Shown here in pieces: positions 8,222 through 17,438 of a stretch of 55,601 bases of DNA (position 1 is the first letter of the stretch; every line of letters starts with the position of its first letter). The notes beneath the pieces are model-generated. The model worked only from the letters and a program-made list of their open reading frames with translations, did not search any database and was not told where the DNA came from. A program made the position numbers and the translations under genes. This DNA comes from a virus (Duplodnaviria > Caudoviricetes). The DNA lies in IMG/VR virus record IMGVR_UViG_3300032291_000616, positions 1 through 55,601 of that record; one strand, written 5' to 3'.

Positions 8222-11200
8222 TTATTTTTTCATCAGCATCAGGCCACCACGACGGCGGCGTTCAACCTGCTTGGGCGTGTATATCACGGCGGCAGGCTTG
8301 CTGGCTTTCGGGTTGATGTAGCCCTCGTAGCCGTACTCGCGGATCATGCGCTCCATGTCAGTCAATTCCTGATCTGGAGACCTGATGCCAGCGTTGTACT
8401 TGGCGGTGAAGGGTGTGCGGTTCGACTCACGGGCCAGCGGCTTGAAGCGCAGTGGGTCGCTGGAAATATCGTAAAGCGATTCGGATTCGGTTCGGTAGCG
8501 ATTCACACCAAGACCCGGCTCTGGAGCGACTGCACCGGGTTCACCGGCGTAGAAGTAAGTGCGGGGCACGATCGGGTTGTCTGTGCCTTGCAGGCGTGCC
8601 ATCTCAGCGCCCTTGATGCCGGTTCCATACTTGGTCGGGTCGGTCACGCGCAACTCAGGGTTGTGGCTGAAGTGGGTCAAGGCCGACTTGGTGGTCGTGC
8701 CTGCCTGCGGTGTGATCAGCGGCTGGATGTAGTCAGGCATCCCACCACGGTACTTGGGATCGGAGAACTCGGGCGGCAGGAGGATGGCCTTCTGGGGCGC
8801 AAACTGGAAGCCACCAAAGGCGTCGCGGATGGCCTCGGTAGCCACGCGCTCACCCTCTTTGTCACCACGGCGGCGTGCCTCGATCTGCAACTCGCGCAGT
8901 TTGGACACCTCGTCCTTGAGGTTGACGTTGAGCGGGCTGTAGTTGACCAGTGAGTTCTGGCCGCGTGTCTCGGCAGTCATTGCCAGACGGGCCAGCGGGC
9001 TGTACATCTGCTGGTGGATGGCCCATGCCTTCTCTTCACCCAGCGGGCCGAACTCGTTGCCATAGATGGCGTGGCCCATGGCGTCATGCACTGCGCGGAA
9101 CTTCTCGTTCTCGTTCAGGCCAGTGGCATCGTCGACGCGGTTGAGGAAGTCGTGTGGGTCGCCGCCTTGGTAGACGTACATATGCTTGTTGCCGTGGATG
9201 TCCTCGAGCAATTCACGGGTGCCGCTGTAGTTGCCTTCGCCACCACGGTGGTACGACAGGTTGAACGGCAGGGCTTGGAACTGCTGATCGGTCTCAACGG
9301 CGAGTTGGCGGTACGCCTTCTCCATGAGGTCGTCGTAGTTCTTCGCGCCAGACTGCTCCAGCACGTCAGGCATGGTACGGGCGTAGGCGTCAAAGACAGC
9401 GCTCTTGTACTCAGGGCTGTCGGTCAGGGCGAGTTCATGCGTGCGGGCAATCGCGCTTTGTTTGGCGAGACTGCTCGGTGGAATTTCTGGCGCAGTGAAT
9501 TCGGTGCCCAGTTTCTCGCGGGTGTACTGCTGGGCGATGCGAAGCGGCTCGTTGAGGTTCGGGTCAGCGATTATTCGATCCACTTCTTCCGTCGGATAGC
9601 GTTGCGGAAGTCCGCCTCGAACGTCTCCTGATCCTGCTTCGAGAGACCCTTGGGCTGATAGCCCAGTCGCTTCTCGAGTTCCGCTACCCTTTGCCTTGCT
9701 CGGATCAGCGGCGGTTGGCCTGACTCTGAAGAATGGGCCTTCTTGTTTGGTTGCATACTTTGCTCCTTGTGGTGTCCCGGTCGATGCCGTCTTTGCCTCA
9801 GTGAGGGGACTTGACAGTTTACCAGACTTGTTTAAGTTTGTGTTGGCGATCTCGCCCAAGGCACCTAAAGTCTTCTGGCCGACCTGCCCAGTCTTGGCCG
9901 CGCCCTTGACCGCACCGGCAGGAGAGACCAGCGACAGGCCAGTCTCCATCATGGGGCGGTCTTCACCGCTCGTCATGTTGAAGCGATTCATCAGGTCTTT
10001 GATCTGCTCCGATCCACCAACAGGCTTTTCAGAAGCCAATCGGTTTTCGACTCGTTTACCACTCGCTAAGTCACGCACAGCGTCGACGCCCTCCAACCCC
10101 ATGTTGATCAGGTCAACAGGGGCACCGACCAGCGGAGCGATCATGCCCCGGTTGATGAGGTCAGTGAGGGCGCGAGGCTTTTTTAGGGAGCCGATCTCCT
10201 CTTTGCCTTGCTCTTTTGCCATGCGGGCCAGAATCTCGGCCATCAGTTTGGCTTTGGTCAAGCCTTCACCACCAAGTTCACTCTGGTCGACTGCGCCACC
10301 ACCATCGAAGCGGGGCAGATAGTTCATCATGCCGCTGTCGCTTGAGTCGGGCATGGTGTTGTCGATGTTCAGGTTGGGCACTGCGCCGCCTTGGGCCATC
10401 TCCACGTCACCGACGATGGCGGACGCAGGGATGTCGAACTCAGACCACTCGTCGCCCTTCTCGTAGCGGACACGGTAGCCGGGCTCGTAAGGTGTGCGCT
10501 TGGTCTTACCCGTCTCGGGGTCGATGATCTTCTTGCTCATCAAGTCGTTCATGTCCTCGCGCATCGGCTGATTGCCCACGCGGGTACGGTGCAGGATGGT
10601 GTAAGGCGGCTTGTTCTTGGCCGCGCTGTCCTTGGTGAACACGCGCTGGCCCTTGTCGTACTTGTAATCGAAGCCTTCCATTTGCTTCTGCGCCTCCATG
10701 GCACGGGCGCGGACAGAATCGCCCAGCGAGGTGTGGAAGTCTTGCAGTGTGGTCAGGTCTTTCTCGGCGGTCTGAGGCTTTGCCATGCCAGCCTCTTTTG
10801 CGGCCTTCTGGATGGCCTTGCCAGCCTTGGCCCAGCCACCACCTGCGGCCTTCCATGGCATGGGCTTGATGGCCCCGCCTTCGGCCTTCCATTGCAGGGA
10901 CTTGATCACGCCACCGTTGGCCTTGTTGATCTCGGTTGCCATGGCGTCGTGGTACGCGCCTTCGTAATCTTTGTCGCGGCTGGCCGTTACCTTGGTCACA
11001 GCGCCGCCCTTCTTCTTGAGGTACTGCTTGCCACGCAGGACGTCTTCCATCACCTTGCGTGGGTTCTGACCTGTCTGCTCGGCGGTGCGGCGGATCATGC
11101 GCTCGAGGTTCTCGACGTACAGTTCTGGCTTGGTCTTCAGGGCGGTCACATCAGCGGAGCCGTACCAGCCCAGTGCCTGCGCTTCTGCTGGGGCCATGCC

Positions 11201-12214
11201 ATGGCGCTTTGCACCACGTTGCCACAGGTCTTCGAATCCAGCATACTCTGAACCAGAGGGGGCGGCCTCCCAAAAGCCGGGGCGTTCTTTTGCCTGCTTG
11301 AGGCTCAACTTGCCCGACTCGACATCCTTGCGAGGGAAGTGCGTCGCGATGACGTTACCCTCTTCATCCTTCTCTACCAACTTCGATGCCAGCCAGCGCG
11401 GATCACCACGCTCGATGATCGGGCCACGCACAGCGTTGACGTCGACGGTCACGGGCTTGAGGTTGCCTTGGTAGTTGCGGTAGAACGTGCCCAACTTCTT
11501 GTCGGGTGGCAGTGCGCCTTCGATGTCACCGGCGGCGATCTGCTTGCCACGGGAGAAGATGTCACCCTGCGCCAGCGATCCATACCCGGGCGGCAACTCG
11601 ATGGCTGTGCCCTTGGGTGCTTCCTGCTTGCCGCGCTTGATCTTGTTCGTGAGGAGGAATGCGTCGTCCGGCAGTTGGCCTGTCTGGCTGAGGTAGTGCA
11701 GGTAACTGCCCATCTTGTTCTGCTGGTCGACAGGGTTGCGCTGAGACGCTGAGGCCATCTGAGCGAGGAACTGGTCGAACTCCTTCTGGCTCATGCCGAT
11801 GTCCATGGCGACCTGACGGATCGGCTCGGTGCCGTACCACTCCTGCACGTTCAAGTCCTTGCCTTGGTTGATCAGTTTGTCGATCTTCTTGCGTGCGGTG
11901 GGCGAGTCGAGCAGGTCTTGCATCCGCTCGGTGTACTTGGGTTGCTTGCCTGCGGCTCGGGCCTTGTCGACCGTTGGCATACGTGGCAGGTCTTTCTGCT
12001 CGACGCCCGGGGTGTACATACCCTGCGAACGTGGCATCAAGGGCAGGCCAGTGCCCGAGGGCGTCGTCATTGGTGCTTGCTTGGCCTCCAGCACCTTCTC
12101 GAGTTTGCTGGCCTTCTCAGCGGCTTTCTGAGCGGCGAGTGCGGCCTCCGCCTCATCGGATGCTTGTTTCATCACCTTTGCGAATGCCATTCCCGTCTTC
12201 TTCACGTCCGCCAT
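8222..12214 (-). CDS. Large multidomain (polyvalent-type) protein, probably packaged and injected
   Basis: 1330 aa between terminase and portal; several globular segments (VTVDVNA...AQALGW; FRAVHDAMGH; THFSH...RTYFY...GYEGY) separated by xxxGG linkers. Confidence 0.7.
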   Translation of the reverse strand: MADVKKTGMAFAKVMKQASDEAEAALAAQKAAEKASKLEKVLEAKQAPMTTPSGTGLPLMPRSQGMYTPGVEQKDLPRMPTVDKARAAGKQPKYTERMQDLLDSPTARKKIDKLINQGKDLNVQEWYGTEPIRQVAMDIGMSQKEFDQFLAQMASASQRNPVDQQNKMGSYLHYLSQTGQLPDDAFLLTNKIKRGKQEAPKGTAIELPPGYGSLAQGDIFSRGKQIAAGDIEGALPPDKKLGTFYRNYQGNLKPVTVDVNAVRGPIIERGDPRWLASKLVEKDEEGNVIATHFPRKDVESGKLSLKQAKERPGFWEAAPSGSEYAGFEDLWQRGAKRHGMAPAEAQALGWYGSADVTALKTKPELYVENLERMIRRTAEQTGQNPRKVMEDVLRGKQYLKKKGGAVTKVTASRDKDYEGAYHDAMATEINKANGGVIKSLQWKAEGGAIKPMPWKAAGGGWAKAGKAIQKAAKEAGMAKPQTAEKDLTTLQDFHTSLGDSVRARAMEAQKQMEGFDYKYDKGQRVFTKDSAAKNKPPYTILHRTRVGNQPMREDMNDLMSKKIIDPETGKTKRTPYEPGYRVRYEKGDEWSEFDIPASAIVGDVEMAQGGAVPNLNIDNTMPDSSDSGMMNYLPRFDGGGAVDQSELGGEGLTKAKLMAEILARMAKEQGKEEIGSLKKPRALTDLINRGMIAPLVGAPVDLINMGLEGVDAVRDLASGKRVENRLASEKPVGGSEQIKDLMNRFNMTSGEDRPMMETGLSLVSPAGAVKGAAKTGQVGQKTLGALGEIANTNLNKSGKLSSPLTEAKTASTGTPQGAKYATKQEGPFFRVRPTAADPSKAKGSGTREATGLSAQGSLEAGSGDVRGGLPQRYPTEEVDRIIADPNLNEPLRIAQQYTREKLGTEFTAPEIPPSSLAKQSAIARTHELALTDSPEYKSAVFDAYARTMPDVLEQSGAKNYDDLMEKAYRQLAVETDQQFQALPFNLSYHRGGEGNYSGTRELLEDIHGNKHMYVYQGGDPHDFLNRVDDATGLNENEKFRAVHDAMGHAIYGNEFGPLGEEKAWAIHQQMYSPLARLAMTAETRGQNSLVNYSPLNVNLKDEVSKLRELQIEARRRGDKEGERVATEAIRDAFGGFQFAPQKAILLPPEFSDPKYRGGMPDYIQPLITPQAGTTTKSALTHFSHNPELRVTDPTKYGTGIKGAEMARLQGTDNPIVPRTYFYAGEPGAVAPEPGLGVNRYRTESESLYDISSDPLRFKPLARESNRTPFTAKYNAGIRSPDQELTDMERMIREYGYEGYINPKASKPAAVIYTPKQVERRRRGGLMLMKK

Positions 12215-12224
12215 ATCATCCCTT

Positions 12225-13634
12225 TCACGCCGCGTACGGGTTCACCCGCTTTGGTTGAACCTCAAGATAATCATCATCGTCATCATAACGAGGCTCGGGG
12301 TTTATGTCGAGGAAACCCATGTCCTTTAACAAACGGATCGCTTGCGTCGTGCTGTCCACGTAGTCGTCATGTGCCGAGTCAGGGAACGAGCATATCTGGC
12401 TCAGGAACCCTTCGGCCCAGTCCTTCACATACCCGGAACGCACACTGCTCTCAGGTAGCCACACACGGCCTGTCGTGAAGATGGACGCAGTGATCTGAAG
12501 GCGGGTCATCTTGTCGGCGTTGCCCGGGTTCCATGGCCGCACAGGCAGGTGCATCTGGCGCAACTCCTGCACCAGTGAGATGCCTGCGGCCTTGTCCTCC
12601 ACGAGGATCAGGTCGGGGCGCTTGGCATCCTTGCCTTCACCGTAGGAGACACGCCATTCCTCCAGCACCTTGGGCTTGAGTTGAGGGAAGGTCAGGTGTT
12701 CGGCCCAACAATCGATCAGCAGGACGGAAATTGGGCCATCCATGGGCTTGAACACGCCCCACGTCGTCATGGCCGTCGGGTCGTTGTACTGCTTGTCGGT
12801 GAAGGCGCAGTCGTAAGACTGCACGATGAACTCGAACTTGGGGAACGGCTTGTTGGCAGGCCACAGGCGGAACATATCGCGGGAAACGACCTTGCCATCC
12901 TCGAGGTCGACGATCTCGCCCAGCACCTCCTGCTGGTACAACTTCGATCCCTTGTACTGCTCCAACTGACGCTGGAACGTGGGCGCGAGGTTGTCCTTGT
13001 TGTCGTAGGTCGATGCACGGTCGATGATGACGTCGTCACCCTCACGGCCAATCAACTCGAGGATCAGGTCTTTCGGGCGGGGCGTCGTGGTCACGATCAC
13101 CTTGGGGCTGTCACCCAGACGCAGACCGAACTGCATCATGTCCCACGCCTCTTGGATGTAGTTGAATGCGGCCAACTCGTCAGTCCATGCGAAGTGGAAC
13201 TGCGGGCCGCGCAGACGCTCATAAGCGTCGGCTGAGATACCCCGGATGATCGAGCCGTTGACCAGTTTGATCTGGTGATCCTGCTTGTTGTAGTCAAGGA
13301 TCAACTGCTGGGGTATGCAGGCCAGCAGGCCAGACTGCCCCTCAAAGCAGGTGAACTTCAAGTCGTTGGACGTAGGAGCCAGCACCAGCGCACGGGAGCC
13401 GGGAACTACCCAGCACCACCACCACAGGGCTTCGGCGGCTGAACGGGTCTTACCCGCTCCACGGCCTGCCAGCATCATCCAGACGTGGTAGTCCTGCTCG
13501 AGGGGTGGCGGTATCTGGTAGGCGTGGGCACCGGTCACCCATGCCGTATGAGCCAGCACCGCGATGCGGTTGGCCTCGTCGAGGTTGTCGAACTCCTCGG
13601 CTAGGTCAGCGTCAAGGTGTTCAACCAGTGACAC
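12225..13634 (-). CDS. terL: Terminase large subunit
   Basis: Walker A GRGAGKT, LRGPQFHFAWTDE Walker B, TTTPRP, nuclease motifs SYDCA and HDDYVDS. Confidence 0.95.
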   Translation of the reverse strand: MSLVEHLDADLAEEFDNLDEANRIAVLAHTAWVTGAHAYQIPPPLEQDYHVWMMLAGRGAGKTRSAAEALWWWCWVVPGSRALVLAPTSNDLKFTCFEGQSGLLACIPQQLILDYNKQDHQIKLVNGSIIRGISADAYERLRGPQFHFAWTDELAAFNYIQEAWDMMQFGLRLGDSPKVIVTTTPRPKDLILELIGREGDDVIIDRASTYDNKDNLAPTFQRQLEQYKGSKLYQQEVLGEIVDLEDGKVVSRDMFRLWPANKPFPKFEFIVQSYDCAFTDKQYNDPTAMTTWGVFKPMDGPISVLLIDCWAEHLTFPQLKPKVLEEWRVSYGEGKDAKRPDLILVEDKAAGISLVQELRQMHLPVRPWNPGNADKMTRLQITASIFTTGRVWLPESSVRSGYVKDWAEGFLSQICSFPDSAHDDYVDSTTQAIRLLKDMGFLDINPEPRYDDDDDYLEVQPKRVNPYAA

Positions 13635-14241
13635 GCTTGCCCATTTCCATTGCGCGGATCAACTCGAACAGTCGGCCACTGCCGGTCTCCTCGGTCTTGA
13701 TCGGGGCACCGTTGGCGTCCCCGGCGATGATGGTCTTGTCCCCGTACTTCTCGGGCTTCCACTTCGCCAGCAACTTCAGGCGGGTCTCAATGCGGAGTTT
13801 CGAGCGCTGAATGTGTTCGGTGTCCACCACGCGGGTGACTTCGATCTTGCCGTGGGCATTCCTGATCTCCCTGTCCATCCAGTCGTTGGACGAGTTGTCA
13901 GCGATGTCGAGGCATTCCTCGGCGATGTTGTCATATCCCATTTCACGGGCGCGTGCGATGTGTGCAGAAAGGTCTTCATCGCGTGCCATCCAAAAATAGA
14001 TGTTCCTCCACGCTGGCATACCCTCCATACGACATATCTCTCTCAATGGCACTCCCTCACTGAGGAGTTCGCATATCTTCTCTGCTACTACGGGATCGTA
14101 GGACGAGGGTCTACCGATAGCGTGCTTCTTGAGTTGTGTCTGGGCGTCGCCGATGACCTTCTGTACGGCCTGCTTGGCCTTTGCGGTCTCGGTCTTGGTT
14201 GCACGCGGCTTGCGTGGCTTCTTTGGCGTTTCGGGCGTCAT
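13621..14241 (-). CDS. terS: Terminase small subunit (Sf6 gp1-like)
   Basis: GRPSSYDP..AEKICE.LSEG..LREICR.EGMP HTH, RSKLRIETR...KW.PEKYGD; overlaps terL start. Confidence 0.88.
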   Translation of the reverse strand: MTPETPKKPRKPRATKTETAKAKQAVQKVIGDAQTQLKKHAIGRPSSYDPVVAEKICELLSEGVPLREICRMEGMPAWRNIYFWMARDEDLSAHIARAREMGYDNIAEECLDIADNSSNDWMDREIRNAHGKIEVTRVVDTEHIQRSKLRIETRLKLLAKWKPEKYGDKTIIAGDANGAPIKTEETGSGRLFELIRAMEMGKRVTG

Positions 14242-14310
14242 CCCTATTCCTCCTGCGAATGGTTGAAGTTGTGGTTCAGTTTATCCGATTCGCTTTCGTG
14301 ACGCTAGTGT

Positions 14311-14389
14311 GCCAACATGGCTGGAGCCTGCCCGGAATGTTTGCGAGACACCCGGTTGGGTTGCACCCACAGACGCCAGTCATCTTGGC
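14311..14389 (-). ncRNA. Candidate structured RNA (three-way junction) upstream of terS
   Basis: 20-bp closing stem with 3 mismatches (14311-14330 / 14370-14389) enclosing two hairpins; intergenic. Confidence 0.4.
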
Positions 14390-14428
14390 CCCCGTTTTAT
14401 TTGATCGGGCGGGGAAACCGATTCGCTA

Positions 14429-14662
14429 TCAGTTCGCTGGGGACTCGCTAGTCTCGATCAGTTCTTGCTGGTCGGGGTTGCTGTACTGCTCCACTGCGGT
14501 GCCCTTGCTCAACTCATTGACGAGGTCATCTTGCGATGCCACGCGAACGGTCAGCATGGTGTTTGCCACATGGCTCAGTGCCTGCTGGCGCAGGCTTGCC
14601 TTGATCAGGCGGGTCTTGCCGTCGGGCGTGCCGACGAGGTAAATGCGCTGTGCTGTTGCCAT
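14429..14662 (-). CDS. Hypothetical protein
   Basis: 77 aa, RLIKA...QALSHVA...VRVASQDDLV; GGAG RBS. Confidence 0.75.
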   Translation of the reverse strand: MATAQRIYLVGTPDGKTRLIKASLRQQALSHVANTMLTVRVASQDDLVNELSKGTAVEQYSNPDQQELIETSESPAN

Positions 14663-14690
14663 CTCACTCTCCAGTGTTGTTATGCCTTGA

Positions 14691-14710
14691 ATTTTAACAT
14701 GAAATTGACC
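14691..14710 (-). promoter_or_regulatory. Degenerate operator copy overlapping a TAAAAT -10 box
   Basis: TTTTAA-CATGAAA-TTGACC shares 14 nt with the site at 17210-17228. Confidence 0.45.
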
Positions 14711-14737
14711 AAAAGAAAACCCGCTCGTGGCGGGTTT
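14711..14737 (-). terminator. Intrinsic terminator
   Basis: AAACCCGC-N5-GCGGGTTT hairpin followed by TCTTTT on minus strand. Confidence 0.6.
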
Positions 14738-14815
14738 CCGGTGTTGGTAGAGGGCACCACCCCTTGTTTACCGATTCGGTTTGCTTTCGCTGTAGGATCG
14801 CTACGCATTCGCTTT

Positions 14816-14962
14816 TTACATGAATACGAGTATACCCACACACAGGACAAATGCAACCCCTGCCAGTGCCTCGTTGATGATGTACCGGCGGCTCCGTTCG
14901 TAGTACCACTGCCGCTGGCTGGGCAGGTCTCGCATCATGTTGTCGATCTCATGCTTGGTCAT
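14816..14962 (-). CDS. Small protein with C-terminal TM helix (48 aa)
   Basis: Manual translation MTKHEIDNMMRDLPSQ...LAGVAFVLCVGILVFM; ATGA overlap with the upstream gene. Confidence 0.55.
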   Translation of the reverse strand: MTKHEIDNMMRDLPSQRQWYYERSRRYIINEALAGVAFVLCVGILVFM

Positions 14963-15216
14963 TTGTTCATCTCCTCGATCAATGCCGCACACAATGCGCG
15001 TGCGCCTTCGTTGCCACCCTTGGCCGAGATGACCACGGTCTCACCCTCTACACGCACGCCACGCATCAGCGCCTGCCACGGTTTTGGCTTGAGACCCTCA
15101 TACCGACGGGACTCTTTAGGGGCGGTCAACAAACGCGCCCGCTCCGCCTGCCTCTGCTCGTCGCGCTGTCGCTGGAGCAATGCGTCTCCGCCAAACTCTC
15201 CTTCCCAGTCAGTCAT
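14959..15216 (-). CDS. Hypothetical protein
   Basis: 85-aa ORF, GGAGG RBS, overlaps both neighbours. Confidence 0.6.
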   Translation of the reverse strand: MTDWEGEFGGDALLQRQRDEQRQAERARLLTAPKESRRYEGLKPKPWQALMRGVRVEGETVVISAKGGNEGARALCAALIEEMNK

Positions 15217-15385
15217 GCTTCACCTCCTGCGCCTCAATTGGCTCGATGTACCGGTAATCCCGTGGATCAACCACAGAGACCTCCAAACTACCGTTGACCA
15301 GTGCAACCTTCACGAACCCTGCGCCGTACACGAGGGCGTTGTGGGTGGCCTGCTCATAGGTCTTTGCCAAGTCGTCTTCGGTCAT
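15209..15385 (-). CDS. Hypothetical protein
   Basis: Likely start MTEDDLAK at an ATGA overlap; 58 aa. Confidence 0.55.
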   Translation of the reverse strand: MTEDDLAKTYEQATHNALVYGAGFVKVALVNGSLEVSVVDPRDYRYIEPIEAQEVKHD

Positions 15386-15525
15386 GTCCATACCCTCTTG
15401 GTTTCGGGCGCAGGAGGCGCTTTCTCGGTTGGTTGAGGGGTAGACATAGCCACCCCGTAAAAAATCGCGCTGAGGGCGCAAAACAGGGCCAGCGTGATGG
15501 CCGTGAGCAGGATGGCTTGTCTCAT
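15382..15525 (-). CDS. Small N-terminally membrane-anchored protein (47 aa)
   Basis: Manual translation MRQAILLTAITLALFCALSAIFYGVAMSTPQP...; ATGA overlaps at both ends. Confidence 0.5.
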   Translation of the reverse strand: MRQAILLTAITLALFCALSAIFYGVAMSTPQPTEKAPPAPETKRVWT

Positions 15526-15740
15526 GCCGCATCCCCGTCGTCATCATCGTCGGGGTATTCATCCTTGTTGGCGCGGTCTTCGTCAGTTTCGATGGGCGTA
15601 TGCAACGCCTCGTATTCGCGCTTGACTTGACGGCGGCGCTCCTCCTCCGCCAGTTGCTCCGGGGTGATGGCCCGGAACTGGCGCATCAATTCGGACTCGA
15701 CTTCGTCGAACAGGTTGCTCATGTTGTTCATGTTGCTCAT
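15522..15740 (-). CDS. Small acidic protein
   Basis: Likely start MSNMNNMSNL; GGAGG RBS; acidic tail DEYPDDDDDGDAA. Confidence 0.6.
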   Translation of the reverse strand: MSNMNNMSNLFDEVESELMRQFRAITPEQLAEEERRRQVKREYEALHTPIETDEDRANKDEYPDDDDDGDAA

Positions 15741-15931
15741 GATGCCTCCACCACGCGGGTCAGGGCGGCGATCATCTCGCGGGCCTCCTCGTGACTCAGC
15801 ACGCAGTTGGCACCGCCACCGTGCAGTTGAATGGACAGCCACACCTCGCCGTCGTCGTAGTAGTCGACGAACACTGTGCGGTTGTCGTCACGAGTGGTGA
15901 TACGGGTTTGCAGGTCTTCGGTTGTTGCCAT
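15737..15931 (-). CDS. Hypothetical protein
   Basis: 64 aa; GAGGAG RBS. Confidence 0.7.
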   Translation of the reverse strand: MATTEDLQTRITTRDDNRTVFVDYYDDGEVWLSIQLHGGGANCVLSHEEAREMIAALTRVVEAS

Positions 15932-15941
15932 GGTGTTCTCC

Positions 15942-16190
15942 TCAGTTGAAGTATTGATCGATCTCAGCGTTGATGCGGTCGTGGTCGCGGGCAGTGAGTT
16001 TTCTCTCGAGCCACGCGGCCTTGTAGCCCTTGCGATCCAGCACCTCCCACTCGGCCTCGCTGTAGCCGTAGTAGTCCATGTCGCTGTCGGCGTGGTAGTT
16101 GTACGAGCCTTGCACGCACTCGTAGTGGGTGACGCCGATCAAGCAGGGGATGCCTGCGATGGTGGTCTCGATCTCTGCTTCGTATGTCAT
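15942..16190 (-). CDS. Conserved phage hypothetical protein
   Basis: 82 aa; IAGIPCLIGV...ADSDMDYYGY.E.EWEVLDRKG..A.WLERKLT; AAGGAG RBS. Confidence 0.75.
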   Translation of the reverse strand: MTYEAEIETTIAGIPCLIGVTHYECVQGSYNYHADSDMDYYGYSEAEWEVLDRKGYKAAWLERKLTARDHDRINAEIDQYFN

Positions 16191-16230
16191 TTCGCTTCTC
16201 CTTCGCTGTCCTGCTTATTGCAGTGATGCC

Positions 16231-16260
16231 AGTATAACACCAACTTAAACGTCAACGCAA
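16231..16260 (-). promoter_or_regulatory. Sigma70-like promoter with overlapping dyad operator
   Basis: TTGCGT-18-TATACT; dyad GTATAA-N7-TTAAAC at 16232-16250. Confidence 0.6.
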
Positions 16261-16272
16261 TACCCCGCAATG

Positions 16273-16292
16273 AAAAAGGGGCTTTCGCCCCT
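16273..16292 (-). terminator. Intrinsic terminator of DUF932 gene
   Basis: AGGGGC-GAAA-GCCCCT-TTTT. Confidence 0.7.
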
Positions 16293-16300
16293 CCTTCACC

Positions 16301-17155
16301 TTAAACTGCCAGCGCCTCCTCAATGCTGACCTGATTGGTCTTGAGTTGAGCCAAGCCATCGGCCAGAGACCAGAGGGCACGGTTCAACTTGACGTTCTCG
16401 TTGACACCACCCACAGCACGGGTGCTGGTGCGGCGACCGGTGGTGGAGCGGCCAGACAAGCCACCCTTGAGCAGGTTCTCTTGCACGCGGTTGAAGGTCG
16501 TCCACAGGTCGGCCTTGTTGTCGGCCCAGCGACGGGTGCGGAGAACTTGATCGGCCTGCACGGGAGCCTTGTCCTCGTCCCAGCGCAGGGACAGGGCGGC
16601 GTTGGCGAACACGGTGGCCTCCTCGGGTGCCAGTGTGATCGACTTGTAGGTGTCGATGCGGCCAGCGATCTCCTCGACGTTATCCAGCACGCGCACAGCG
16701 CCCTCGATCACGTCATCCACCACGTTGCCAGAGTGGCGCACGCGGATGTCGTTGCAGACGTCACCGGCGATCAAACCGTTGGAGCAAACGAAACGGAAGA
16801 AGCCGGAAAGCAACTGGTACGAGGACGAACCGTCGTGGCTGTTGAGCAGGATGATCTCGGGCACTTCCTCGAGGCTGGTGATGCTGGACTCGTGGCGCAG
16901 GCGCACGAGGTGCTTGGTGTGTTCGCGCTTGGACTGATCGCGGACGCGGGTCTGGCGAACCTCGAAGGGCTGGAAGCCCTCACGGCGCAGGCCATCCAGC
17001 ACATCGATGGTGGGGATGAAGGTGTAACGCTCACCACGGGACTCGTGGGCTTCCTGCGCCAGCACGCTGGGGGCGTAACGGGCGATCTGCTCGTTGCTCA
17101 GAGGGGTGGTGGAACGGAATGCAGACTGGTTGCTGGAACGTGCGTACTGGTACAT
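16301..17155 (-). CDS. DUF932 family protein (plasmid/phage)
   Basis: APSV.A..AHESR.ERY.FIPT, EIILLNSHDGSSSYQL..G.FRFVC.NGL, DLWTTFNRVQEN, N.KLNRALW. Confidence 0.88.
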   Translation of the reverse strand: MYQYARSSNQSAFRSTTPLSNEQIARYAPSVLAQEAHESRGERYTFIPTIDVLDGLRREGFQPFEVRQTRVRDQSKREHTKHLVRLRHESSITSLEEVPEIILLNSHDGSSSYQLLSGFFRFVCSNGLIAGDVCNDIRVRHSGNVVDDVIEGAVRVLDNVEEIAGRIDTYKSITLAPEEATVFANAALSLRWDEDKAPVQADQVLRTRRWADNKADLWTTFNRVQENLLKGGLSGRSTTGRRTSTRAVGGVNENVKLNRALWSLADGLAQLKTNQVSIEEALAV

Positions 17156-17208
17156 GATTAACTCGCTTTCTGTTGGTTACCCGACAACACCTTGTTGTCA
17201 GTGCTTGC

Positions 17209-17236
17209 AGTTTAACATGAAATTAAACGTCGTCAA
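17209..17236 (-). promoter_or_regulatory. Sigma70-like promoter with perfect dyad operator
   Basis: TTGACG-16-TAAACT; GTTTAA-CATGAAA-TTAAAC at 17210-17228. Confidence 0.7.
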
Positions 17237-17239
17237 CAT

Positions 17240-17428
17240 TTATTTTGACTTTGTTGTAGGTACTTTCCCTAATCCCTCACCTTTGAGGTGGCGCAAGAGA
17301 GGAGCCAGCACCTGCTCGGTGTTAGGCACCTCCTTCATGTGCCGCTCGATCTCGGCCACGATGTAGTCGCACCCGTGGTCAAAGCCCTTGATGTAGTTGA
17401 TGTCGGCGGCGGATTTTGGATCGAACAT
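17240..17428 (-). CDS. Hypothetical protein
   Basis: 62 aa; GAGGAG RBS. Confidence 0.65.
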   Translation of the reverse strand: MFDPKSAADINYIKGFDHGCDYIVAEIERHMKEVPNTEQVLAPLLRHLKGEGLGKVPTTKSK

Positions 17429-17438
17429 GGTGATCTCC

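Noticed and set aside
7103-8953. 616-aa plus-strand ORF and similar long antisense ORFs (e.g. 39248-40231, 40946-42025, 14465-15436)
   Set aside because: Shadow frames of well-supported minus-strand genes in GC-rich DNA, with no motifs or RBS
14311-14389. tRNA gene
   Set aside because: Closing stem is far too long, there are only two inner arms, and there is no TTC T-loop or CCA end
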